Assembly (NCBI GenBank): GCA_963770835.1
Contig: CAVYRH010000026.1
Span: forward strand, 736,001 to 800,000
Source: an uncultured Pseudomonadota bacterium
Lineage (GTDB): Bacteria; Oederibacteriota; Muellerivitia; Muellerivitales; Muellerivitaceae
DNA: 64,000 nt
Direction of reading: 5' to 3'
Part shown: positions 48,553 through 58,908 of the stretch, in pieces
Position numbering within the stretch: position 1 is the stretch's first letter
Layout of the letters: every line of letters begins with the position of its first letter
Position numbers and translations under genes: made by a program
The notes under the pieces: model-generated
What the model was told of the DNA's origin: nothing
What the model saw: the letters and a program-made list of their open reading frames with translations, nothing else
Database searches by the model: none

Positions 48553-49824
48553 TTATTGGGATTCATAGACGGTGTTAAGGACGCCCGTCCCCACCGATCC
48601 TCCGGTGATATACACGTAATTGTTCAATACCGCACAGGAAATTTCCGTCCACCAGTAATCGGTGGGTCCGGATGTCCAAATGGCCCCATTCTCGGTGAAC
48701 CAAGAGTCCCTCGGCGGTTGCCCGAGGCCAGCGCCACCAAATAGCCATATTTGGCTGTTGAACGCCGTGTAGGCGAAATTTTGCCGGCCGGGAGTGAAGG
48801 GAGCGGTGGCAGCGGCTTCGGTCCAATTCGCCCCGTCGGAGGAATACCATGTATCGTTCAGTTCATTTGCGGTTCCGGCTGTCCCGCCAAAAACCCAGAT
48901 CATCCCGTTCAGGACTACCGCCCCGCCGTATTGGCGCGCGGGAAAGGGCATGGCGCTGGTGGATTTCGTCCAAGTCGTCCCGTCAGGTGAAGAATAGGTA
49001 TAGCCATCTCCCCCGAAAATCCAAATCTTGCTGTTGAAGGAAACCGCTGCGGCGCCCTCGTTCGCATTGACGGAGAAAGGAATGCTTGTGGAGGCGGCCG
49101 TCCAATTTGCGCCGTCGGTGGAATACCAGGCGTCGTCGTAATCGGTCCCTCCGCTGTTGGTGACCGCCGAACCCGAACCGCCCATGATCCACATCTCATT
49201 GTTGAAAACAGCGCTGGCGAAATTGTACCTGCTCCCGAAGGCTGCGGCCGTAGTTGCAGCCGACCAGTTGGCCCCGTCACTGGATTTCCAGACATCGTTC
49301 AATTCAACCCCGTAAACATTCGACCCACTGACCGATACCCATTGCCCTGCAGCGACGTAAAGCTGGCCGTTGAGGGAAAAAGTGGCGTGTCCACACCGGG
49401 CCGGGAAGGGGGAGGTTTGAGTGAGCTGAGTCCATCCCTTAATCTGGGGGGTCATGCTGATGGTCGGGGTCGCGGTTTGAGTGGGCGTGCCCGTATTGGT
49501 GGGCGTACCGGTGATCGTGGGTGTGTTTGTAATCGTGGCGGAAGGCGTTGCGGTCGGGGACAAGGTGATCGTGGCCGTATTCGTAACCGTGCGGGTCACG
49601 GTGGACGTCCCCGTATTCGTGGGGGTGGCGGTTGGGGTGGCTGTCCCGGTTTTCGTCGGGGTGTTCGTGACCGTGAAAGTGGAGGCGGGGGTAAAAGTCA
49701 CCGCTGGAGTAAAGGTATTCGTCGGATTCTCTGGAGTGGTGGGAGGGATGCTTCTTGGGCATCCGACGATTAAAAAGGAAACCCCAATCAGAAGGGAAAA
49801 TATCCCCATTTGGTGCAATTTCAT
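48553..49824 (-). CDS. Lipoprotein with Thr/Pro stalk and Kelch-like beta-propeller
   Basis: LIVGC lipobox; TPT repeats; repeated W..GG...ND.W.S.DG..W; GGAGG before ATG 49824. Confidence 0.8.
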   Translation of the reverse strand: MKLHQMGIFSLLIGVSFLIVGCPRSIPPTTPENPTNTFTPAVTFTPASTFTVTNTPTKTGTATPTATPTNTGTSTVTRTVTNTATITLSPTATPSATITNTPTITGTPTNTGTPTQTATPTISMTPQIKGWTQLTQTSPFPARCGHATFSLNGQLYVAAGQWVSVSGSNVYGVELNDVWKSSDGANWSAATTAAAFGSRYNFASAVFNNEMWIMGGSGSAVTNSGGTDYDDAWYSTDGANWTAASTSIPFSVNANEGAAAVSFNSKIWIFGGDGYTYSSPDGTTWTKSTSAMPFPARQYGGAVVLNGMIWVFGGTAGTANELNDTWYSSDGANWTEAAATAPFTPGRQNFAYTAFNSQIWLFGGAGLGQPPRDSWFTENGAIWTSGPTDYWWTEISCAVLNNYVYITGGSVGTGVLNTVYESQ

Positions 49825-49987
49825 CACGACCTCCATAAAGGCGATTTAATCCGGACACTCACCAATACCAGTGCTTTTATTAGAGCTTTTATTCCATAAC
49901 GTTGAGTAAAAAAGGTTTTTTGCCGGATCGTCCCAATAGCCTTACATTTGCGACTATTTTTGGCACTGAGCTTCCAAAAAGCACCAT

Positions 49988-50212
49988 AAAATGGGTTTCG
50001 GGGTGCCCCTAGCCTCCTGATTCCGCAAGGAGTTAAGGCCGCTTTTGGTGGATACACTCCATTCCGAGAAGTTCCAGAAGCGGGGTTACTTCAACATCGG
50101 TAAGACTGAGGAAATCCTGCAGGAACACCTTTCAGGCCAGAAGGACCACCATCTACTTTTGTGTGGGTTGTTGTTGATCGAGTTGTAGCACAGGAGATTT
50201 ATAGATGAATAA
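49988..50212 (+). pseudogene. Relic duplicate of the asnB 3' end (75 codons including stop) with two nonsense changes
   Basis: Colinear with 48231-48455; hand count 195/225 nt identical; both TGG codons changed to TGA and TAG. Confidence 0.95.
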
Positions 50213-50801
50213 CTATTTTTGGGACATGTGTGTCGCAATAGGGACTGGAGTGATTGCGTTGTTTAGTGTACTGCAATATCGGTTGTCTAGAATCGGTGCG
50301 AAAAAACAACTTAGATCGTATTTAAATGTGATATTTAAATACGTAGATGATCCAGAAAATCAAAACAAAAGAAATAAAACCGGAATGGAATTTACGGTTT
50401 ATATAAAAAACACAGGACAAACACCCGCCTATACGGTGACTTGTCAATCCAAAGTTGAATTACTCGACTGGCCTTTGCCAAAAAACTTTAAGTTTGTTTA
50501 TGAGCAAGAGGAAGATGATTTCTGCGATTTTGGTAATACTCTTGGTGCGGGTGAAGAGAAGTGCGTTTTTCCGACAGCGGATAGATATTTTACTAAGGCT
50601 GAAATGAAAGAATTTAAAGGTGTAAGCCCTTCCAAAAGAATTTATGTGCATGGGATTCTTAATTATTTTGATATCTTTAAAAAATCACACTACACAAATT
50701 TTTGTTTTTTCGTTTGTGGAAGAATGGAGAGGTTGAATCTTGGGTGCATGCTTCAGCTCACAATGATGCGAATTAGCAACGAAAACAATCAACACTTTTA
50801 A
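50205..50801 (+). CDS. AT-rich hypothetical membrane-anchored protein (possible frameshift near 50715)
   Basis: N-terminal TM, RSY, KNTGQTPA, Y.DIF..H.TNFC; ATG overlaps the relic's GATGAATAA end. Confidence 0.6.
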   Translation: MNNYFWDMCVAIGTGVIALFSVLQYRLSRIGAKKQLRSYLNVIFKYVDDPENQNKRNKTGMEFTVYIKNTGQTPAYTVTCQSKVELLDWPLPKNFKFVYEQEEDDFCDFGNTLGAGEEKCVFPTADRYFTKAEMKEFKGVSPSKRIYVHGILNYFDIFKKSHYTNFCFFVCGRMERLNLGCMLQLTMMRISNENNQHF

Positions 50802-50828
50802 AATGAATAATTTTTTCAAGGTTGTGAA

Positions 50829-51218
50829 ATGAAAACCGAAAGATACTTAAAAGGCTGGAAAAAATTCCAGGAAATCCACGGACCAGTGGCAAAGGCCACT
50901 GTCGAGAGTCTGAAGGACATCAGCCCAGAGTTGGGGCAGTTCGTGACCGAGTTCGCCTTTGGGGACATCTATTCCCGCCCGGGGTTGGATTTGAAAACCC
51001 GCCAGATGCTGACCATTGCTTCCCTAACCACTCTTGGCAACGCCCCCCTTCAATTAAAATCACACATCAAAGGTGCTTTGAACGTAGGATGTACGAAACA
51101 AGAAATCGTGGAAGTGATCCTTCAGATGGCGGTTTACGCCGGGTTCCCAGCGGCCATGAATGCAATGTATGCGGCCAAGGAAGTATTTATGGAACGGGAA
51201 AGACGGAAGAAAAAGTGA
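50829..51218 (+). CDS. Carboxymuconolactone decarboxylase family protein
   Basis: FAFGDIYSRPGLDLKTR, H..GALNVG, YAGFPAA. Confidence 0.9.
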   Translation: MKTERYLKGWKKFQEIHGPVAKATVESLKDISPELGQFVTEFAFGDIYSRPGLDLKTRQMLTIASLTTLGNAPLQLKSHIKGALNVGCTKQEIVEVILQMAVYAGFPAAMNAMYAAKEVFMERERRKKK

Positions 51219-51230
51219 GAGGCTTATTTA

Positions 51231-51288
51231 AACTGAGGTTGCTTCGTCGTAACCGCCCCGCTATTCGCGAGTCACTCCTCGCAATGAC
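51231..51288 (-). repeat. GTCATTGCGAG repeat, single right arm
   Basis: AACTGAGGTTGCTTCGTC...CTATTC...CTCCTCGCAATGAC. Confidence 0.85.
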
Positions 51289-51294
51289 AGCTAT

Positions 51295-51921
51295 ATGAAT
51301 ACCCTTCGGGTCATTTTCGAGGATCCCCACCTCATCGTGGTTGACAAGCCCGCGGGGCAATTGGTTATCCCGGGCCGGGGGGAGGCCGAGGGCAAACCCC
51401 TAGTGGACCAGGTCTCTAGCCATATCCGAAAGAAAGCCTACGTGGTGCACCGCATCGACCGGGAAACCAGCGGCCTAGTGGCTTTCGCCAAGGATGCCCG
51501 GACTCACCGGGAGCTCTGCGCCCTTTGGGAGGGCCGGGAAGTCCATAAGACTTACCTGGCATGGGTGAAGGGCCAGATGGACAAGAAAGAGGGCCTGCTG
51601 GATTACCCCCTCAAGACCTTTGGGTCGGGCCGGATGGGGGTGGACCCCAAGGGCAAGCCTAGCCAGACCCGGTACCGGTTCCTTGAAAGCCAAGGGGAAG
51701 CCTCCCTCTTGGAGGTGGAGCCGCTCACCGGGCGACGGCACCAGATCAGGGTCCACCTGTACCATGCCGGGCATCCTGTCCTGGGGGACCCCCTCTATGG
51801 CCAGGAGCGGCCGGTAGGGGGAGCCCCCCGGCTTTTGTTGCACGCTTCCCGGCTTCGGGTCCAGCATGCCGGGAAGGAGCTGGAGCTGACCTGCGAACTG
51901 CCCCAGGATTTCCATCCATAG
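51295..51921 (+). CDS. RluA-family pseudouridine synthase
   Basis: VDKPAG, VHRIDRETSG, TGRRHQIRVH, GDPLYG, LHA. Confidence 0.92.
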   Translation: MNTLRVIFEDPHLIVVDKPAGQLVIPGRGEAEGKPLVDQVSSHIRKKAYVVHRIDRETSGLVAFAKDARTHRELCALWEGREVHKTYLAWVKGQMDKKEGLLDYPLKTFGSGRMGVDPKGKPSQTRYRFLESQGEASLLEVEPLTGRRHQIRVHLYHAGHPVLGDPLYGQERPVGGAPRLLLHASRLRVQHAGKELELTCELPQDFHP

Positions 51922-52217
51922 GTCAAAAGCTTTCATAGGGGAAAGCCCCTATGTACAACGGCCCTCACAGGGAATGGACCCTGTGTACCCACAAAACCAA
52001 CGGCCATCAAAACCGTGGGCCAGTGCAAGAGAGCCAAAATAAGGCATTCCTTCAAAATCTCCGGTTGAGAGCGACTTGGTTTGACGGATCGGGGACTTTC
52101 CTGTAAAATGCGCCCTCTTTTGCCACAAAAGCCCTGAAAAACAAGGGTTTTTTCGCTACAAGCCTCAAAAATGCCCATTAAATAAAGGTTTTTCTCATTT
52201 CGTTCGGAGGATGCCCA

Positions 52218-52775
52218 ATGCTGACTGTTATGGACCTTCGGTCCGGTAATTTGGCCGAATTTGACGGGGTTCTTTATCGCGTTGTGGCTTTCCAACACGT
52301 GAAGCCCGGCAAGGGTGGAGGCTTTGTCCGCCTGAAACTCAAGAACGTCGAGCTCGGTACGGTTACCGATAAGACACTTGATAGCTGGGAAAAGGTGGCC
52401 GAGCCTCCGGTTGAAGAAAAAGAAATGCAGTACCTCTACAAGCAGGGCGAGAAATTCATCTTTATGGATACCGAAACCTACGAGCAGTTGGAACTCACTG
52501 AGGACGAAGTGGGCGAGGGCCACCAGTGGCTGAAGGATCAGATGAACATCGAGGTTCTTTTTTACAACGGCCGCCCCATTAGCGTGAAGCTGCCCATCAC
52601 GGTCAACCTCAAGGTGGTTTCCTCCGAGCCGGGCATCAAGGGCGACCGGGTTTCCGGCGCCAGCAAGCCCGCCACGCTGGAATCGGGCGCCACCATCCAA
52701 GTGCCCCTTTTCATCAAGGAAGGGGATGTCCTCAAGATCGACACCAGAACCGGGGAATACCAGGAAAGAGTCTAA
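52218..52775 (+). CDS. efp: Elongation factor P
   Basis: HVKPGKG, TYEQ, KGD...KPATLESG, VPLFI.EGD..IDTRTGEY. Confidence 0.97.
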   Translation: MLTVMDLRSGNLAEFDGVLYRVVAFQHVKPGKGGGFVRLKLKNVELGTVTDKTLDSWEKVAEPPVEEKEMQYLYKQGEKFIFMDTETYEQLELTEDEVGEGHQWLKDQMNIEVLFYNGRPISVKLPITVNLKVVSSEPGIKGDRVSGASKPATLESGATIQVPLFIKEGDVLKIDTRTGEYQERV

Positions 52776-52822
52776 TTCCCCCAACCGTAGTCCCAGCCGT
52801 TTTCTTTAGAAAGGAGCCGACG

Positions 52823-53383
52823 ATGTCAACCAGCCCGGAAAAGAACGAGGGCCCGAAGCCGGAAAAAGAGAAAAAGAAAAAAGCCGAGGGGAAGATCAAG
52901 GTCAGCTCCAAGCTGTCCCTGGTGCAGGACGTGATCCTTTTGATGAACGACGCGGACATCAGCGAATTGAGCTTCGAGCAAGGCGGGGTCAAGATCCACC
53001 TGCGCCGGGGGCCCGGCATGCCCTTCGCGGCGGCCGTTACCCCGGTGGTTTCTTCTATCCCGATAGTTGCGGCTCCTGCGACTCCCGGAACAGCGGCTCC
53101 CACCGCTCCGGCCGCCGGCACGCCTACCGCCCCGGCGGACAACACGGTCACCTTGAATTCCCCCATGGTCGGCACCTTCTACCGTTCCCCCTCGCCCGAC
53201 GCCAAGCCCTTCGTCGAGGAAGGCGATAAGATCACAGTGGGCCAAGTCTATTGTATCATCGAGGCCATGAAACTCATGAACGAAGTGAAGTCGGAAGTGA
53301 CCGGGAAGATCGTCAAAATCCTCGTCCAGAACGGCCAGGCCGTCGAGTTCAACCAGCCCTTGATCATTGTTGATCCCAGCTAA
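52823..53383 (+). CDS. accB: Acetyl-CoA carboxylase biotin carboxyl carrier protein
   Basis: SPMVGTFY, IIEAMKLMNE. Confidence 0.97.
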   Translation: MSTSPEKNEGPKPEKEKKKKAEGKIKVSSKLSLVQDVILLMNDADISELSFEQGGVKIHLRRGPGMPFAAAVTPVVSSIPIVAAPATPGTAAPTAPAAGTPTAPADNTVTLNSPMVGTFYRSPSPDAKPFVEEGDKITVGQVYCIIEAMKLMNEVKSEVTGKIVKILVQNGQAVEFNQPLIIVDPS

Positions 53384-53394
53384 CAACAGCTAAT

Positions 53395-53447
53395 AGTCGG
53401 CAGTCCGCAGTCGGCAGCCAAGGAAAAGGCTGACGGCGAGCGGCTTT
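53395..53447. repeat. 7-nt tandem repeat AGTC(G/C)GC x3 with degenerate inverted partner
   Basis: AGTCGGC AGTCCGC AGTCGGC. Confidence 0.55.
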
Positions 53448-53457
53448 AAAGGAAAAC

Positions 53458-54825
53458 ATGTTCAACAAGATTCTCATTGCCAACCGTGGGGAGATCGCCC
53501 TGCGCATCATCCGGGCCTGCAAGGAGCTCGGGGTGAAGACCGTGGCGGTTTATTCCCAGGCCGACGCCGACTCCCTTCATGTGCATTTGGCGGACGAGAG
53601 CGTGTGCATCGGCAAGGCCTTCAGCAAGGAAAGCTACCTCAACATCCCGGCCCTTATCAGCGCCGCAGAAATCACCGACGCCGAGGCCATCCATCCGGGT
53701 TACGGCTTCCTGGCCGAGAACGCCCACTTCGCCGAAGTCTGCGCCAGCTGCCAGATCAAGTTCATCGGCCCCAAGCCCGAGGTCATGCGCCTGATGGGCG
53801 ATAAGGTGGCGGCCATCCAGACGGCCAAGAAGGCGGGCACCCCCACCACGCCGGGGAGCGACGGGGCCGTGAAGGACGAGAAACACGCCCTGGCCGTGGC
53901 CAAGGAGATCAAGTATCCGGTCATCATCAAGGCCTCCGCAGGCGGCGGCGGCAAGGGCATGCGGGTGGCCCATACGGACATTTCCCTGACCCAGGCTTTC
54001 CAAACGGCCCGCACCGAGGCCGAGGCGGCCTTCGGGAACTCCGAGGTCTATATCGAGAAGTACATCGAGGAGCCCCGGCACATTGAGGTCCAGATCCTGG
54101 GCGACGAATACGGGCACATCATGCACCTGGGCGAACGGGACTGCACCATCCAGCGGTCCCACCAAAAGCTGATCGAGGAAGCCCCTTCGCCGGTCTTGAC
54201 GGCTAAACAACGCAAGAAGCTGACCAAATACGCGCTCAAACTGGCCCGGGAAGTAAAATACAGCTCGGCGGGAACCATCGAGTTCCTCATGGACAAGCAC
54301 GGGGATTTCTATTTCATGGAAATGAACACCCGCGTGCAGGTGGAACACCCGGTCACGGAGTTGACCATGGGCGTGGACATCATACAGGAGCAGATCAAGA
54401 TCGCCGCCGGGGAAAAGCTGTCCCTCTACAAGGAAACCCTGGAGCCCCGAGGGCATGCCATCGAGTGCCGCATCAACGCGGAAAACCCGGACGACAACTT
54501 CCGCCCCTCCCCGGGCGTCATAACGACCTACCACGTTCCCGGCGGGCCGGGCGTGCGGGTGGACACCCACCTTTACCAGGGCTACAAGGTGCCGCCTTAT
54601 TACGATTCCATGCTGGCCAAGATCATCGTCCACGCCCCCAACCGCCAGCAGGCCATCCGCCGCATGCTGCGGGCCCTGGACGAGCTGGTGGTGGAAGGCA
54701 TCTATACCACCACGGATTTCTTGAAGCTGATCCTGGAAAGCGAGTCCTTCCGGCGAGGGAACTATTCCACCCACTTCGTGGAAAAGTTCATGAAAAACAA
54801 GAAGGACAAGGGCGAGGAAAAATAG
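53458..54825 (+). CDS. accC: Biotin carboxylase
   Basis: [43 protein letters not shown]. Confidence 0.97.
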   Translation: MFNKILIANRGEIALRIIRACKELGVKTVAVYSQADADSLHVHLADESVCIGKAFSKESYLNIPALISAAEITDAEAIHPGYGFLAENAHFAEVCASCQIKFIGPKPEVMRLMGDKVAAIQTAKKAGTPTTPGSDGAVKDEKHALAVAKEIKYPVIIKASAGGGGKGMRVAHTDISLTQAFQTARTEAEAAFGNSEVYIEKYIEEPRHIEVQILGDEYGHIMHLGERDCTIQRSHQKLIEEAPSPVLTAKQRKKLTKYALKLAREVKYSSAGTIEFLMDKHGDFYFMEMNTRVQVEHPVTELTMGVDIIQEQIKIAAGEKLSLYKETLEPRGHAIECRINAENPDDNFRPSPGVITTYHVPGGPGVRVDTHLYQGYKVPPYYDSMLAKIIVHAPNRQQAIRRMLRALDELVVEGIYTTTDFLKLILESESFRRGNYSTHFVEKFMKNKKDKGEEK

Positions 54826-54907
54826 TAGTGAACCAACGGGGACCGGGGTGGTCTCCGGAACTTTATTCACCTTATATTTACTGACAAAAGAAAAAGCGGA
54901 GTCGAAA

Positions 54908-55963
54908 TTGAAAATAACGGTTTACTTCAATCCCAAAGACGTAAAGCCCACGGTCGTCCAGAACGCCACTGTGGTGCTGGTGGACGTGCTCAGGGCTTCT
55001 ACCACCATCCCCGTGTATCTCTACCACGGGGCGGCGGGCGTGGCCCTTTGTCCCGACCCCGGCACGGCCAAGAAAATCTTCGAGAAGCAAAAGCGCGGCG
55101 AGGGCATCCTGGCCGGGGAGCGCGACTTGCAGAAGATTCCGGGTTTCCCCCTGGGCGGGTCGCCCAACGACTCCAGCCGCGAAAAGGTGAAGGACCGGGT
55201 GGTTTGCTTCAGCACCCCAACCCCCTTGAAGATCGTGAAAAACGCCAAGTACGTGGTTCTCGGGTCTTTCGTGAACCTAGGCGACGTCTATGATTCATGC
55301 CTAAGGGGCAAGCGGGACGTGGTGGTAGTCTGCGCCGGGGGCCCGGAGGATTCGGTTTTCGCGGGCATGCTGGTGGACTTCCTCCAAAGCACCCTGGGCG
55401 CCACGCCCATCGTCCTGGCCGAAAGCGCCAAGGACGCCATGGCCCTTTACAAGCCCTGGCAGGGAAGGATCCCCGATCTTTTGAAGGAATCGCCCGATGG
55501 CAAGGAGCTCATCCAAGCGGGTTTCGCCAAGGACCTGGATTTCGCGGCCAAGGTGAGCCGCATCTCCGCTGTTCCTTATTTGAAGGACGACCTGTTCCTG
55601 AGGGAAGAACCCCCGAAGCGGAAACTGACCGACGAAGCCAAGGCCAAGGCCGCCCCGCAAAAGGGCAAGTCCATCAAGGTGACGGTGCCCCTGTTCCCCA
55701 AGAACCCCGAGCACCCGGTGCCGGGCATGGAAAAGGGGGGCAAGAAGGGCGCCGCCGACAAGAAGCACGAGGAAAAGAAGGTCGAGGAGAAAAAGGCCGA
55801 AGAGAAGAAACACCCCGAAAAGAAGGCGGAAAAGGGCGCGCCCGCGCCCAAGAAGGGCGAGGGGAAGGCCGCGGCGGCCAAGGTGAAGAAGGCGCCCAAG
55901 CCCTTGTTCAGCAAAAAAACCGTGGCCTCGGCCCCGGTCAAGATGATCCGTAAGGAAAAATAA
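54908..55963 (+). CDS. ComB (2-phosphosulfolactate phosphatase)-like protein with long Lys/Glu/Ala-rich tail
   Basis: VDVLRASTTI, AGER, VVCAG..ED...AG; TTG start assumed. Confidence 0.75.
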   Translation: MKITVYFNPKDVKPTVVQNATVVLVDVLRASTTIPVYLYHGAAGVALCPDPGTAKKIFEKQKRGEGILAGERDLQKIPGFPLGGSPNDSSREKVKDRVVCFSTPTPLKIVKNAKYVVLGSFVNLGDVYDSCLRGKRDVVVVCAGGPEDSVFAGMLVDFLQSTLGATPIVLAESAKDAMALYKPWQGRIPDLLKESPDGKELIQAGFAKDLDFAAKVSRISAVPYLKDDLFLREEPPKRKLTDEAKAKAAPQKGKSIKVTVPLFPKNPEHPVPGMEKGGKKGAADKKHEEKKVEEKKAEEKKHPEKKAEKGAPAPKKGEGKAAAAKVKKAPKPLFSKKTVASAPVKMIRKEK

Positions 55964-56065
55964 GTTCTAAGTTCGCAGTTTTAAGTTTTTAGTTCCGGAA
56001 ATTTTTGAACCTTTGGTTCAAAAATAACCTTAATTTGAAACTAAGAACTCGGAACTTAAAACTAA
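55963..56065. repeat. Inverted 7-nt-periodic repeat (AGTTCTA.. / ..TAAGAAC)
   Basis: Five AGTTyyn units facing GAAAC/GAAC units. Confidence 0.7.
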
Positions 56066-56094
56066 CGGTAAATTCGAGCACCCTGGTCGATCCC

Positions 56095-56514
56095 ATGAAA
56101 TCCCGCCCTCAAAATCTTCCGGTCTTAAGAGCCCTGGACGCCAATTGCAACCGGGCCCGTGAGGGTTTCCGGGTGGCCGAGGATGTGGCCCGCTTCGTCT
56201 TGAACGACCCCTCCCTCCTGAACCGGCTCAAAAAGCTGCGCCACGGGGTAACAGAAGCCGAGCAATCCCTTTTCAAGTCCCGCCAAATCCGCCTGGCCGC
56301 GCGGGATGTGGCCCGGGATTTGGGCCGGGGAAACCACGAGAAGGCCGAAAGGGTTAGGAAAACGCCCGAGGAACTCTTGAAGGCCAATTTGAAAAGGGCG
56401 CAGGAAGCCCTGCGGTCGTTGGAGGAATTTTCCAAGCTCCTCAAGCACCCCGCCTCGGCCCGGTTTAAAAGAATTCGTTATGACTGCTATAAAATCGAGG
56501 AAGAACGGCTGTAA
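56095..56514 (+). CDS. Stand-alone ThiE-N-terminal (ThiD2-like) domain protein
   Basis: R.LDAN.NRAREG.RV.ED..RF, K.LRH, N.KRAQEALR.LEE. Confidence 0.8.
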   Translation: MKSRPQNLPVLRALDANCNRAREGFRVAEDVARFVLNDPSLLNRLKKLRHGVTEAEQSLFKSRQIRLAARDVARDLGRGNHEKAERVRKTPEELLKANLKRAQEALRSLEEFSKLLKHPASARFKRIRYDCYKIEEERL

Positions 56515-56534
56515 AGCTCCATTTCCTCCAAGGA

Positions 56535-56948
56535 ATGTTTTTGGAAAATAATAAACCCGATTTGAAAAAGCCGGCCGAGGATCAATGGGCTTATTTGATT
56601 CCGGTCGCTTTCATCCTGCTCCCCTCTGCGGTGATTTATTTCCTGATGATCAAAGTCATACCGACGTTTGAGGATGTTTTTGCTTCTTTCGGGGCGAAAT
56701 TGCCTTGGCCCACCCAAGTTGTTATTGATGCCAGCGAGTTTTTAAGAAAGCCCGTCGGTTTTTTCATTTTCTTTTCGATCCTGGGATTGATGGGTTTTTT
56801 GATTTATGGAAAAACTGCCAAAATATCCCCGGATCGAAAACTGCTGGTTTTTTTAAAAGTTGGAGCGTTTTTCCTCGCTTTCCTCGGACCAGCCATCGGA
56901 TTCATCGTTTTGGCGATGTTTTGCCCGATGTTTGAATTGGGTAAATAA
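56535..56948 (+). CDS. Short PilC/GspF-like membrane-only protein
   Basis: VIPTFEDVFASFGAKLPWPTQ and GFIVLAMFCPMFEL match PilC TM-flanking motifs. Confidence 0.6.
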   Translation: MFLENNKPDLKKPAEDQWAYLIPVAFILLPSAVIYFLMIKVIPTFEDVFASFGAKLPWPTQVVIDASEFLRKPVGFFIFFSILGLMGFLIYGKTAKISPDRKLLVFLKVGAFFLAFLGPAIGFIVLAMFCPMFELGK

Positions 56949-56972
56949 TGTGTTAATGTCGTAGTTAAATAA

Positions 56973-58838
<1,866 letters not shown>

Positions 58839-58908
58839 AGCTATTCCCCCCAGTCCTTAAAAAGTTAAGATATCCCATCCGGATTTGCCGTCTTATTGAG
58901 GTCTTTGT

